DNA of 64,000 nt from Anaeromyxobacteraceae bacterium. Its GTDB lineage: Bacteria; Myxococcota; Myxococcia; Myxococcales; Anaeromyxobacteraceae. Position numbers and translations under genes: made by a program. The DNA lies in contig JAULAX010000009.1 of assembly GCA_032654565.1 (NCBI GenBank), forward strand, positions 299,642 through 363,641. Reading direction: 5' to 3'. Under the pieces are notes generated by a model, which was not told the DNA's origin, made no database searches, and saw only the letters and a program-made list of their open reading frames with translations. This document shows, one piece after another, positions 1 to 11,319 of this stretch (the first letter of the stretch is position 1; each line of letters opens with the position of its first letter).

Positions 1-54
1 CGACGGTGGCCTGCGTCACCGACTCGCCGAGCGACGGCACCTTGAGCTGGATGG

Positions 55-58
<4 letters not shown>
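1..58 (-). CDS. sucB: 2-oxoglutarate dehydrogenase E2 (dihydrolipoamide succinyltransferase), N-terminus only; runs off the window
   Basis: Reverse strand reads MTIQLKVPSLGESVTQATV (start of a lipoyl domain); its ATG overlaps the sucA TGA (ATGA). Confidence 0.85.
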
Positions 59-2858
<2,800 letters not shown>

Positions 2859-2865
<7 letters not shown>

Positions 2866-3989
2866 CCGTGGGGAACGATAGTGGCAGTCGGCCCGCGTGG
2901 CTCTCACCCGGAGCGCGGGCCCCTTTGCGGTACGTCGACGTCGACGATCGGACCACCGCCGCCGCCGCGCTGGCCCAGGTCCGGGGCGGCGCGGCGCTGA
3001 TCTATCGTGGGGACTACCGGAATGCCCGGCAATTGCTGGCCGCCATGGGTCGCCGGCTGGGGGAGCGGAAGGCCACCCCCGGCGGGGCCGGGAGCCTGCG
3101 GGACCGGTTCCTGGAGGAGCGCCGCCGCCACCGGCTGGAGCACGAGACCCTCTCCCGGCTGGCGGTCCCGGTGGAGGCGGGCGATATCGGCCCCCGGGTC
3201 CCCTTGAGGAACGCCCCCGACGTCTCGGCCGCCCTCGCCGAGGCGCTGGGGGCCGACCTCCCCCTGCCCGGCGCCCTGCCGCTGCGCGACCTGCTGGGCA
3301 TGGTGGGGGCGCACGAGTGGCGCAGCAAGGGGGTGGAGGTGCCGTCGCTCGGCGCCCACCTGCGGACCCGCTGGGGGGTCTTCGCGCCGGTGCGGGGCGA
3401 GCACGTGGAGCTCACCGCCGAGGCGGTGAAGCGCTGGCCGGTGGCGGGGAAGCGGGCGCTCGACGTCGGGACCGGGACCGGGGTGCTGGCGCTGGTGCTG
3501 GCCAAGGCCGGGGCGACGGTCACCGCCACCGACCTCTCGCCCGCCGCGGTCGACTGTGCCCGGGAGAACGCCGGGCGGCTCGGCCTGGCGGAGCGGATCG
3601 AGGTGGTGGAGGCCGACCTCTTCGGCGAGGGGCGGTACGACGTGGTGGTCTGCAACCCGCCCTGGCTGCCGCACGAGGCGGTGACGCCGCTCGACCGGGC
3701 GGTCTACGACCCGGGCGGCCGCTTCCTGGCCCGGTTCCTCGAGGGGCTGGCGGCCCACCTGGCGCCGGGCGGCGAAGGGTGGCTCATCCTCTCGGATCTG
3801 GCCGAGCGGCTCGGCCTGCGGGCCGAGGGGGAGCTGGAGCGCCAGCTCGAGGCGGCCGGCCTCACGGTGGCCGGCGGCCTGGAGGCGGCGCCGCGCCACC
3901 CGCGCAGCCGCGACGCCTCCGACCCGCTCCACGAGGCCCGGTCGAAGGAGGTGACGGCGCTGCGCCGGCTGGTGGTGCGGGGGGGGTGA
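2859..3989 (+). CDS. Class I SAM-dependent methyltransferase (MTS/PrmC-like C-terminal domain)
   Basis: LDVGTGTG SAM motif, NPPW motif; true start uncertain (possibly TTG at 2925). Confidence 0.85.
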
Positions 3990-4061
3990 AGCTTCACTTT
4001 GGGTTGCCGCCGTTGCGCCTGCCCGCCATACCAGCAGGCAGCACTCCCCCCGGAGGCCCAC

Positions 4062-4628
4062 ATGGCGTTCCTCGCACAGCTCTGGCTGCCCATCGTCGTC
4101 TCGGCCGTGCTGGTCTTCGTGCTCTCGGCGGTGACCCACATGATGGTCCCCTTCCGCCAGACCGAGTGGGGCCAGCTCCCCACCCAGGACGCCATCCAGG
4201 CGTCGCTGCGCGGCGCCACCCCGGGCCTCTACGTCTTCCCGACGCCGGCCGACCCGAAGGAGCGGGGCAAGCCGGAGGCGATGCAGCGGATGGCGGAGGG
4301 GCCGTCGGGCTGGCTGACGCTGGTCCATCCGGGCCCGATGAGCTGGGGGCGCAACCTCGGCCTCTCCCTGGCGATGAACCTCTTCGTCTCCTTCGCGGCC
4401 GCCTACGTCGCCACCCTCACCCTCGGCGCCGTCCCCCTGCAGCTCATCCCGCACCAGCGGGTGGTCTTCCGGGTGATCACCACCATCGGCTTCCTCGCCT
4501 ACGCGGTCGGGCCGGTCTACGAGGCCGTCTGGTTCTGGAAGCCCTGGCGGTCGCTGGCCATGACCGCGGTCGACTCGCTCCTCTACGGGCTGGTGATGGG
4601 CGCCACCTTCAGCTGGCTCTGGCCCTGA
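4062..4628 (+). CDS. Hypothetical multi-pass membrane protein
   Basis: GGAGG RBS before ATG; about four hydrophobic segments; host-like codon usage. Confidence 0.8.
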   Translation: MAFLAQLWLPIVVSAVLVFVLSAVTHMMVPFRQTEWGQLPTQDAIQASLRGATPGLYVFPTPADPKERGKPEAMQRMAEGPSGWLTLVHPGPMSWGRNLGLSLAMNLFVSFAAAYVATLTLGAVPLQLIPHQRVVFRVITTIGFLAYAVGPVYEAVWFWKPWRSLAMTAVDSLLYGLVMGATFSWLWP

Positions 4629-5895
4629 ACCCCGGATAGGCGAAGGCTCCGGCGATGCGCTGGCAGTCGCCTTCGGTCACGCCGCAGCCACGCGCCACCT
4701 CGTACCAGGTCGAGCGAACGCTCGCCTCCATGTCATCGACGATGCGAGCGGCCTCCTCGGAGGAGAGGAGGAAGCGCGCCGCCTGGGTCAGGAGGTTGCC
4801 GGCGTTGGCGAAGCGGCCCAGGTCACCGCAGGCCATGGCGAGGTCGCGGCGCTCCAGGCCGACAGGAGAGGATGGGGTCAGGTCATAGGCGGGCGACAGG
4901 CGCCACTCGCGACCCGGCGCGATCACCGAGTGGTTGCGGGGATGGTCGTCGGTGTTCGAGATCAGGGCATTGAAGCAGGCCCGTCGGAAGAGCTCGGCGG
5001 CGTCGTCCCGCGGATGGGCGCTGATGCGGCGCAGCTCCTCGGCCAGGAGGATGTAGGACCAGCGGGCCCTGGAGACCGCGCTCTCGTCGGCGCGCAGCAT
5101 GGAGAGGGCGCTGATCATCCGGGCCCTGACGTATCCTCCCGGGGCCCGCTCCCGGTCGAACCGCTTGACCAGCAGCACCTCGCGATCGCCGACGACGACG
5201 ACCCGGCTCTCCGCCGTGGTCAGGCCACAGGCCCGACCCAGCGTCAGCATGGCGTGCTCGACGCGCGCCGAGTTCCAGCGATCGTCGGGCCGGTTGAACT
5301 TGGCGAGCCAGAGGCCGTCTTCGTCCTCGATGACGGTCTTGGGGCGTGCCCCGCCCATGGAGGTGCCGACCAGGAGCAGGTCCTCCACCTGCGCCCGCCG
5401 CCCCGCCTCGGTGGCTGGCTGGGGGGGCTGGTCTCCGAGGAGGGCATCGGCGAGCGACTGGAGCTTCTCCAGGTCGATGGCCTGGTTGAACCGGCGCAGC
5501 GGCGCCGGTGGGGCCTGGCCGAGGCCGAACCCCAAGGCGCCGGCGCGGTCGTCGGGCGAGTGGAGCAGGTAGTCGAGCTCACCGAGCTCGCCGATTCCAG
5601 CGTGCTTCTCGATGACCCGACGACCCCACTGGTCGGGACCGGCGTCCCGCAGCGCGCCGAACATTCCCTTCATCATGACCGTCTCGTAGGGGCGCGAGCC
5701 GAGCTTCAGCTCCACCGGGTCCACCTCCACGGCGTTCGGGTTGGCGAGGTAGCTTCGCCCGTAGACGAACCGTCCGGACACCACGCCTTGCCGGCTGGTG
5801 GCGACCTCGAAGCGGCCCGCCGTGACGGCCTGGGTCTCGCCGGGGGGCGTCAGGTAGACGTAGCACTCGCTGGCGTGGCGCGGCCTAGAAGTCAT
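4609..5895 (-). CDS. hipA: HipA-family Ser/Thr kinase toxin
   Basis: HipA N-terminal PDQWGRR, P-loop GTSMGGARPK, catalytic NTDDHPRNH, LSPAYDL; overlaps the upstream HTH gene. Confidence 0.92.
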   Translation of the reverse strand: MTSRPRHASECYVYLTPPGETQAVTAGRFEVATSRQGVVSGRFVYGRSYLANPNAVEVDPVELKLGSRPYETVMMKGMFGALRDAGPDQWGRRVIEKHAGIGELGELDYLLHSPDDRAGALGFGLGQAPPAPLRRFNQAIDLEKLQSLADALLGDQPPQPATEAGRRAQVEDLLLVGTSMGGARPKTVIEDEDGLWLAKFNRPDDRWNSARVEHAMLTLGRACGLTTAESRVVVVGDREVLLVKRFDRERAPGGYVRARMISALSMLRADESAVSRARWSYILLAEELRRISAHPRDDAAELFRRACFNALISNTDDHPRNHSVIAPGREWRLSPAYDLTPSSPVGLERRDLAMACGDLGRFANAGNLLTQAARFLLSSEEAARIVDDMEASVRSTWYEVARGCGVTEGDCQRIAGAFAYPGFRARAS

Positions 5896-6226
5896 TGTCG
5901 GAGGCCCTCGGGCTCCGCGCATGGGCTCGCTCGCCGCGCCTGGCGAGCAGGCGGCCTTCCTCGTCAAGCTCCGGATCGGCGAGGTGCGCCAGCTGCTCGG
6001 TGAGACCGAGCGCCCAGAGCAGCCCGGCGTAGATGGCAATGCCGGTCGATGGCTTTCCCCTCTCGGCGTCTGCCACGACGTGCCGACCCACGCCCAGCTT
6101 CGCGGCGAGGGCCTCCATGGGCAGGTTCCGGCGAAGCCGAGCGGTGCGCAGGTTCGCGCCGAGCGTCCTCAGGGCTTGTTCGACCTGGTACGGGGGTGAA
6201 GCGAGAAGGGCATTTTTGGCAGCCAT
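5885..6226 (-). CDS. XRE/HTH antitoxin (HipB-like)
   Basis: LGANLRTARLRRNLPMEALAAKLGVGRHVVADAERG (HTH_XRE), directly upstream of and overlapping hipA. Confidence 0.88.
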   Translation of the reverse strand: MAAKNALLASPPYQVEQALRTLGANLRTARLRRNLPMEALAAKLGVGRHVVADAERGKPSTGIAIYAGLLWALGLTEQLAHLADPELDEEGRLLARRGERAHARSPRASDNDF

Positions 6227-6230
6227 GGTA

Positions 6231-6291
6231 TCTCAAGGCTACATCATGTCGCTTGATGGAGTCTTGAGACTACATACCAGCTTCGACATGA
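6231..6291 (-). promoter_or_regulatory. Putative operator region of the hipBA-like operon (interleaved inverted repeats)
   Basis: TCTCAAG(6231-37)/CTTGAGA(6263-69) and TCATGTCG(6244-51)/CGACATGA(6284-91) in an AT-richer stretch just upstream of the antitoxin ATG. Confidence 0.5.
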
Positions 6292-6331
6292 CGCCTCAAA
6301 CGCCGCCATCCGCCTTATACCCGGACGAGGT

Positions 6332-6376
6332 CCCTCTTTCGCGATTCCCGACGTCGGGAATCGCCAACGGGGGAGG
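6332..6376. repeat. Palindromic REP-like repeat, copy 1
   Basis: Contains the perfect 24-bp palindrome GCGATTCCCGACGTCGGGAATCGC (6341-6364); 38/45 identical to 33231-33275. Confidence 0.75.
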
Positions 6377-6417
6377 CGCTCGCGGGCGAGTCGGCCGCCT
6401 CGACTCCGGGCCAGGAG

Positions 6418-9400
6418 CTAGCGCCCCGGCGCCGCCGGGCGGCGCAGGTCCTTGGACGGGGGCGGCGGCGGGCGGACCGGCTTCTGGGCCGCGATCTGCT
6501 TCAGCACCTCGGCCACGCCCCGCTCCAGCTGCGGGTCGCGCCCGGCGGCCAGGTCGGCCGGCAGGTTGTCGACCTCGATGTCCGGCGCCACGCCCTCGTT
6601 CTCCACCACCCAGCGGCCCGAGAGGTCGTAGATGCCGAACTCGGCCACGTTGCTGTAGCCGCCGTCCACCATGCCGGAGTAGAGGCCGCGGATGCCGACC
6701 ACCCCGCCCCAGGTGCGCTGGCCGATCACCGGCCCGAGGCCGTAGGCGCGGAAGTAGTGCGGGAAGATGTCGCCGTCGGAGGCCGAGTACTGGTTGGCCA
6801 GCGCCACCATGGGGCCGCTGACCGCCGCCGCCGGGTAGGTGGTGGGGCGCTCCTCCCGCTGGTTGCTCATGCCCATGAGCCGGCGGCGCAGCCGCTCCAG
6901 GATCATCTGCGAGACGAAGCCACCGCCGTTGGAGCGGACGTCGACCACCAGCCCGGCCTTGGCGGACTGGGCGTAGAACTGCCGGATGAACTCGGTGAGG
7001 CCGCGGGCGCCCATGTCGGGGATGTGCAGGTACCCCACCTGGCCGCCGGAGAGCTGCTCCACCTTGCGGCGGTTGGACTCGACCCAGTCGAAGTAGCGCA
7101 GCTCCCACTCGTTGGCCAGGGGCTGCACCTGCACCTCGCGCGCCCCCTCGGCGGTGGGCCTGGCGTTCACCAGCAGCGTGACGGTCCGGCCGGGGGTCTG
7201 CGCCAGCAGCCGCGAGGGCTCGTCGCTCCCCGTCAGGGCCCGCCCGTCGATGGAGAGCAGGTAGTCGCCCTCGCTCACCTTGACGCCGGGGGCGGAGAGC
7301 GGCGTGGCCCGCCCCTCGACCCAGGGCTGGGCCGGGAGGATGCGGGCGATGCGCCAGCGGCCCGAGGCGGCGTCGAGCCGGAGGTCGGCGCCCAGCGTGC
7401 CCACCGGCACCCGCTCCACCTTGGGCAGGTCGCCGCCGCCCACGTAGGTGTGGCCGGTGCCGAGCTCGCCCACCAGCTCACCGAGCAGGTAGTTGAGGTC
7501 GAAGCGGTGGGTCACGTGCGGCAGGAGCGCGGCGTAGCGCGTCCGCATGGCCGGCCAGTCGACCTGGCCCATGTCCGGAAGGTAGAAGAAGTCGCGGAAG
7601 AGCCGCCAGGTCTCGGCGTAGATCTGGGCCCACTCGGCGCGCGGGTCCAGCTCCAGCTTGAGGCCGTCCAGCTTCAGGGCCCCCTCGCCCGACTTCAGCC
7701 CCTCCTTGGGCTCCACCAGCCCCCAGGCCTTGTCGGCCTTGTAGAGGAGCTTGGAGCCGTCGGCGGCCACCTCGTAGCGCTCCACCGCCGGGAGCAGCTC
7801 CAGCTCCTTGCGCTTCTCGAGATCGAAGCTCTTGACCGCCCCCTTCTGCGGCCCGGGCCCGGCCCCAAGCTCCTGGGTGGGGAGCGAACGCCAGTAGAGC
7901 TTCCCCTTGGCCAGCTGCAGCCCGCGGTAGTTGCCCGGCTGGACCGGGAAGGGGACGATCCGCTGCTGGATGCCGGCCAGGTCGACGGTGACCGGCTCGG
8001 CCGGCTTCTTCCCCTTCTTCTCCTCCTCCTTCTTCTCCCCGTCCTTCTTCTCGTCCTTCGGCTCCGCGACCTTCACCTCGTCGCTGCGCGGCGCGAACGG
8101 CGAGGGGAGGTTGGCCCTCAGCGTGATGGCGTGCGGCCGGGTCATCTTGTTGACCGTGTAGGAGCGCTCCAGGTGGCCCAGGGTGGGAGCCACGTCACGG
8201 TCGGAGAGCAGGTAGAGGGTCTTGCCGTCGGGGTCGAAGATCGGCTCGCCCGAGTCGAAGCCGTCGGCAGTCACCTGGGTGGAGACCTTCCGATCGAGCG
8301 AGTAGAGGAAGACCGCCGAGGTGTCGGCGGCGGTGTCGGTGGCGTAGGCCAGCCAGCGGCCGTCCGGCGACCAGGCGTACTCGTCGATCTCGCGCTGCGG
8401 GGCCTTCACCGCCAGCTGTGGCTTCCGGTCCGCCAGCGAGACCCACCAGAGCCGCAGCCCGCGGTCGGCCCAGGCCAGCTTGGAGGAGTCGGGGGACCAG
8501 GCCGGCGGGAAGTGCCAGGTGGGCGGCCCGCTGGTGAGCTGGATCGGCTTCGACCGGCCGTCCTGCGCCACCACGTAGAGCTCCTCCTCGCCGGTGGCGT
8601 CGGACCAGTAGGCGAGCCAGCGCCCGTCCGGCGACCAGGTGGCGTTGCGCTCGCGCACCCCGGAGCTCCGGGTCAGGTTGCGCACGTCGCCGTGCTCGGC
8701 CGGCACGGTGAAGACCTCGCCCCGGGCCGTGAAGGCCACCCGCTTGCCGTCGGGCGAGAGCGAGGCGTCGCTGACCTGCTCGGCCACGTTGACCCAGCGC
8801 GGGCGGGCGAAGCGGGCGTCGTCGGGGAGCTGCACCACCACCTGCCGCACCTTCCCGTCCTTCGGATCGAACAGCTGGATGGCGCCGCCGTTCTCGAAGA
8901 CCAGGCGGTCCTGGCCGGCGTGGGCCCACTTGCAGTCGAACTCCTTGAAGTCGGTGACGCGGGCGTGGGCCCGGGTGGCCAGGTCGTAGCGCCACAGGTT
9001 GACCTTCCAGTCGTCGCGGTCGGAGAGGTAGTAGACCGCCCCGCCGATCCACATGGGCTGGGTGTCGGTGCCGCGCCAGTCGGTGATCCGCTCCACGCCG
9101 TGGGTGGCGAGGTCGTAGAGCCAGACGTCCTGGGCCATGCCGCCCTGGTAGCGCTTCCACTGGCGGAAGTCGCGGAAGATGCGGGTGATGGCGGCCCGCT
9201 TCCCATCGGGCGAGAAGCCGACGTGGCCCGCCTCGGCGATGGGGTAGCGCTCCACCGGGCCGCCCTCGGGACGGACCGCCCAGGGCTCGCCGCCGAAGCC
9301 GCCGTTCGGACCGCGCTGGCTGCGGAAGAGGATGCGCCCGTCGGGCGTCCAGCCCAGCACCACGTTGTCGAAGCCCATCCGGTCGGAGTTGTCGCGGGAG

Positions 9401-9777
9401 GGGTACCAGGTGAGCCGGCGCGGCTCGCCGCCGGTGGCCGGGATGACGTAGACGTCGGCCGCGCCCTCGCCGGTGGCGGTGTAGGCGATCCAGCGGCCGT
9501 CGGGCGAGAAGCGGGGGAAGACCTCCACGCCGTCGCCGCTGGTGAGCCGGCGCGCCAGGCCCCCCGCGGCCGGCACCGTCCAGAGATCGCCGCCGTGCGA
9601 GAAGGCGATGGTGTCGCCGTGGATGTCCGGGAAGCGCAGCAGCCGCGCCTCGCCGGCCAGGGCGGGCCAGGCGGCCTGGAGGGCCAGGGCGAGGGTGGCC
9701 AGCGCGAGGCGCCGCGCCCCCCTGGCGGCGAGGGCGGCGAGGCGGCGGCGCGGGGGTGAGGCGAGACGGTCGGGCAT
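6418..9777 (-). CDS. Tricorn protease homolog (S41 family) with signal peptide
   Basis: LLRFPDIHGD..F start, repeated PD40 WSPDG propeller motifs, PDZ-like region, GYLHIPDM, DVRSNGGG, SASDGD nucleophile, GQRTWGG, ENEGVAPD. Confidence 0.95.
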   Translation of the reverse strand: MPDRLASPPRRRLAALAARGARRLALATLALALQAAWPALAGEARLLRFPDIHGDTIAFSHGGDLWTVPAAGGLARRLTSGDGVEVFPRFSPDGRWIAYTATGEGAADVYVIPATGGEPRRLTWYPSRDNSDRMGFDNVVLGWTPDGRILFRSQRGPNGGFGGEPWAVRPEGGPVERYPIAEAGHVGFSPDGKRAAITRIFRDFRQWKRYQGGMAQDVWLYDLATHGVERITDWRGTDTQPMWIGGAVYYLSDRDDWKVNLWRYDLATRAHARVTDFKEFDCKWAHAGQDRLVFENGGAIQLFDPKDGKVRQVVVQLPDDARFARPRWVNVAEQVSDASLSPDGKRVAFTARGEVFTVPAEHGDVRNLTRSSGVRERNATWSPDGRWLAYWSDATGEEELYVVAQDGRSKPIQLTSGPPTWHFPPAWSPDSSKLAWADRGLRLWWVSLADRKPQLAVKAPQREIDEYAWSPDGRWLAYATDTAADTSAVFLYSLDRKVSTQVTADGFDSGEPIFDPDGKTLYLLSDRDVAPTLGHLERSYTVNKMTRPHAITLRANLPSPFAPRSDEVKVAEPKDEKKDGEKKEEEKKGKKPAEPVTVDLAGIQQRIVPFPVQPGNYRGLQLAKGKLYWRSLPTQELGAGPGPQKGAVKSFDLEKRKELELLPAVERYEVAADGSKLLYKADKAWGLVEPKEGLKSGEGALKLDGLKLELDPRAEWAQIYAETWRLFRDFFYLPDMGQVDWPAMRTRYAALLPHVTHRFDLNYLLGELVGELGTGHTYVGGGDLPKVERVPVGTLGADLRLDAASGRWRIARILPAQPWVEGRATPLSAPGVKVSEGDYLLSIDGRALTGSDEPSRLLAQTPGRTVTLLVNARPTAEGAREVQVQPLANEWELRYFDWVESNRRKVEQLSGGQVGYLHIPDMGARGLTEFIRQFYAQSAKAGLVVDVRSNGGGFVSQMILERLRRRLMGMSNQREERPTTYPAAAVSGPMVALANQYSASDGDIFPHYFRAYGLGPVIGQRTWGGVVGIRGLYSGMVDGGYSNVAEFGIYDLSGRWVVENEGVAPDIEVDNLPADLAAGRDPQLERGVAEVLKQIAAQKPVRPPPPPSKDLRRPAAPGR

Positions 9778-9847
9778 GGGGAGCCTCCTGGGGCCGGCAG
9801 CCTACCGCACCTCGGTGCGCCGGTCCCGGCTCCTCAACGGGGCGTCG

Positions 9848-10870
9848 CTACGGCCCCTCCTTCTCCTGCATCTCCATCAGCTCCGGCGTGGTGGCGCGCA
9901 GCATCCCCGACTGCACGTACCAGCGCAGGGTGTCGCCCACCGACTCGTCGAAGGGGCGGATGGTGTACCCCAGCTCGCGCTGCGCCTTGGCGCTGGTGAC
10001 GAAGGTGTAGAGCGCGCTGGCCCGCAGCAGGTCGGGGTGGATGGCAGGCACCGGCCCGCCGACGCCGGCCAGCAGCCCCATGGCGCGGATGGCCAGGGTG
10101 GCCAGGGTGTAGGGGACGCGCTGCGGCGACGGCACGCCGGCCATCCGGCAGATCCGCCCCAGCGCCTCGTCCATGGTCAGGTTGTGGCCGCCGAGGATGT
10201 AGGCCTCCCCCACCCGCCCGCGCTCCAGCGCCGCCACGTGGCCGCGGGCCACGTCGCGGGCGTCGCAGAAGCTGGCGCCGCCCTGCACGTAGACCGGCAT
10301 CTTCCTCTTGGCCAGCGACATCACCAGCGCCGCCGAGGAGCGGTAGATGTCGCCGGGCCCGAGCACGAAGGAGGGGCGCACCACCACCAGCGGCAGGCCG
10401 CGGGCGGCCAGGTCGAGGGCGGTCTCCTCGCCGCGCTTCTTGGAGACGAAGTAGTGGAGCCCCAGGGTCTCGGCGCTGGAGGTGGTCTCCTCGTCCATCA
10501 CCCGCGGCACCCGGGCGCCGCCCAGCACCGCCGTCGACGAGGTGAGCACCGCCCGCTCGACGCCGGCCGCCAGCGCCGCCCCCAGCACCACCTCGACCCC
10601 CCCGGCGTTGATGGCGAAGAGCTTCTTGCGGTCGCCGGCGATGTCGGCCACCCCGGCGGCGTGGATCACCGCCTGGCAACCGCGCAGCGCCTCCTCGACG
10701 CTGGGCCGGTCGAGCACCTCGCCGAGCGCCAGCTCCACCCGGGTCCGGTCCAGGTTGGAGAGGTCGGAGCTGGGGCGGACCAGCGCCCGCACCGCGTGGC
10801 CGCGGGCCAGCAGCTCGGCGACCACGGCGCCGCCGACCAGCCCGGTGCCGCCGGTGACCAGGACCTTCAT
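9848..10870 (-). CDS. NAD-dependent epimerase/dehydratase (extended SDR, HpnA/dihydroflavonol-reductase-like)
   Basis: VLVTGGTGLVG Rossmann motif, YFVSK (YxxxK), DARDVARGH. Confidence 0.9.
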   Translation of the reverse strand: MKVLVTGGTGLVGGAVVAELLARGHAVRALVRPSSDLSNLDRTRVELALGEVLDRPSVEEALRGCQAVIHAAGVADIAGDRKKLFAINAGGVEVVLGAALAAGVERAVLTSSTAVLGGARVPRVMDEETTSSAETLGLHYFVSKKRGEETALDLAARGLPLVVVRPSFVLGPGDIYRSSAALVMSLAKRKMPVYVQGGASFCDARDVARGHVAALERGRVGEAYILGGHNLTMDEALGRICRMAGVPSPQRVPYTLATLAIRAMGLLAGVGGPVPAIHPDLLRASALYTFVTSAKAQRELGYTIRPFDESVGDTLRWYVQSGMLRATTPELMEMQEKEGP

Positions 10871-11244
10871 GCCGGGCCGCCTCCCGCCGGGCCGAGGCGC
10901 CGGACCAGCGCCAGCAGCTCGTCGAGCTCGAAGGGCTTCTGCAGGACGGCGTCGGCCGCCCTCCCCGCCTCGCCCACGGCGCGGGTCCCGGTCATCAGCA
11001 CCGCCGGGATCGAGCCGTGCGTGGCGTCGGCGCGCAGCCAGGCCAGGAACTGGCCGCCGCCCATCCCCGGCATGATCAGGTCGACCAGGATCAGGTCGGG
11101 CCGGCTGGCGGCGATCCGCTCCTGCCCCTCGGCGCCGTCGCGGGCCAGCTCGACGCGGAACCCCTCGAACCGGAGGTAGTCGTGCAGCGTCTCACGGATG
11201 CCCGCGTCGTCCTCGATGACGAGAATCGCTCCGGCGTCCCCCAC
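10867..11244 (-). CDS. Single-domain response regulator
   Basis: ILVIEDD, PDLILVDLIMP (phospho-Asp), LQKPF. Confidence 0.9.
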   Translation of the reverse strand: MGDAGAILVIEDDAGIRETLHDYLRFEGFRVELARDGAEGQERIAASRPDLILVDLIMPGMGGGQFLAWLRADATHGSIPAVLMTGTRAVGEAGRAADAVLQKPFELDELLALVRRLGPAGGGPA

Positions 11245-11319
11245 CCCGCGACTCTAGCACCAACCGGCCGGACCGCGACCGCGGGCCCCGGACGGCCGCC
11301 GGCGCGGGCCCGGCGGTCC

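Noticed and set aside
6757..9759. 1000-aa + strand ORF
   Set aside because: Antisense shadow of the tricorn gene
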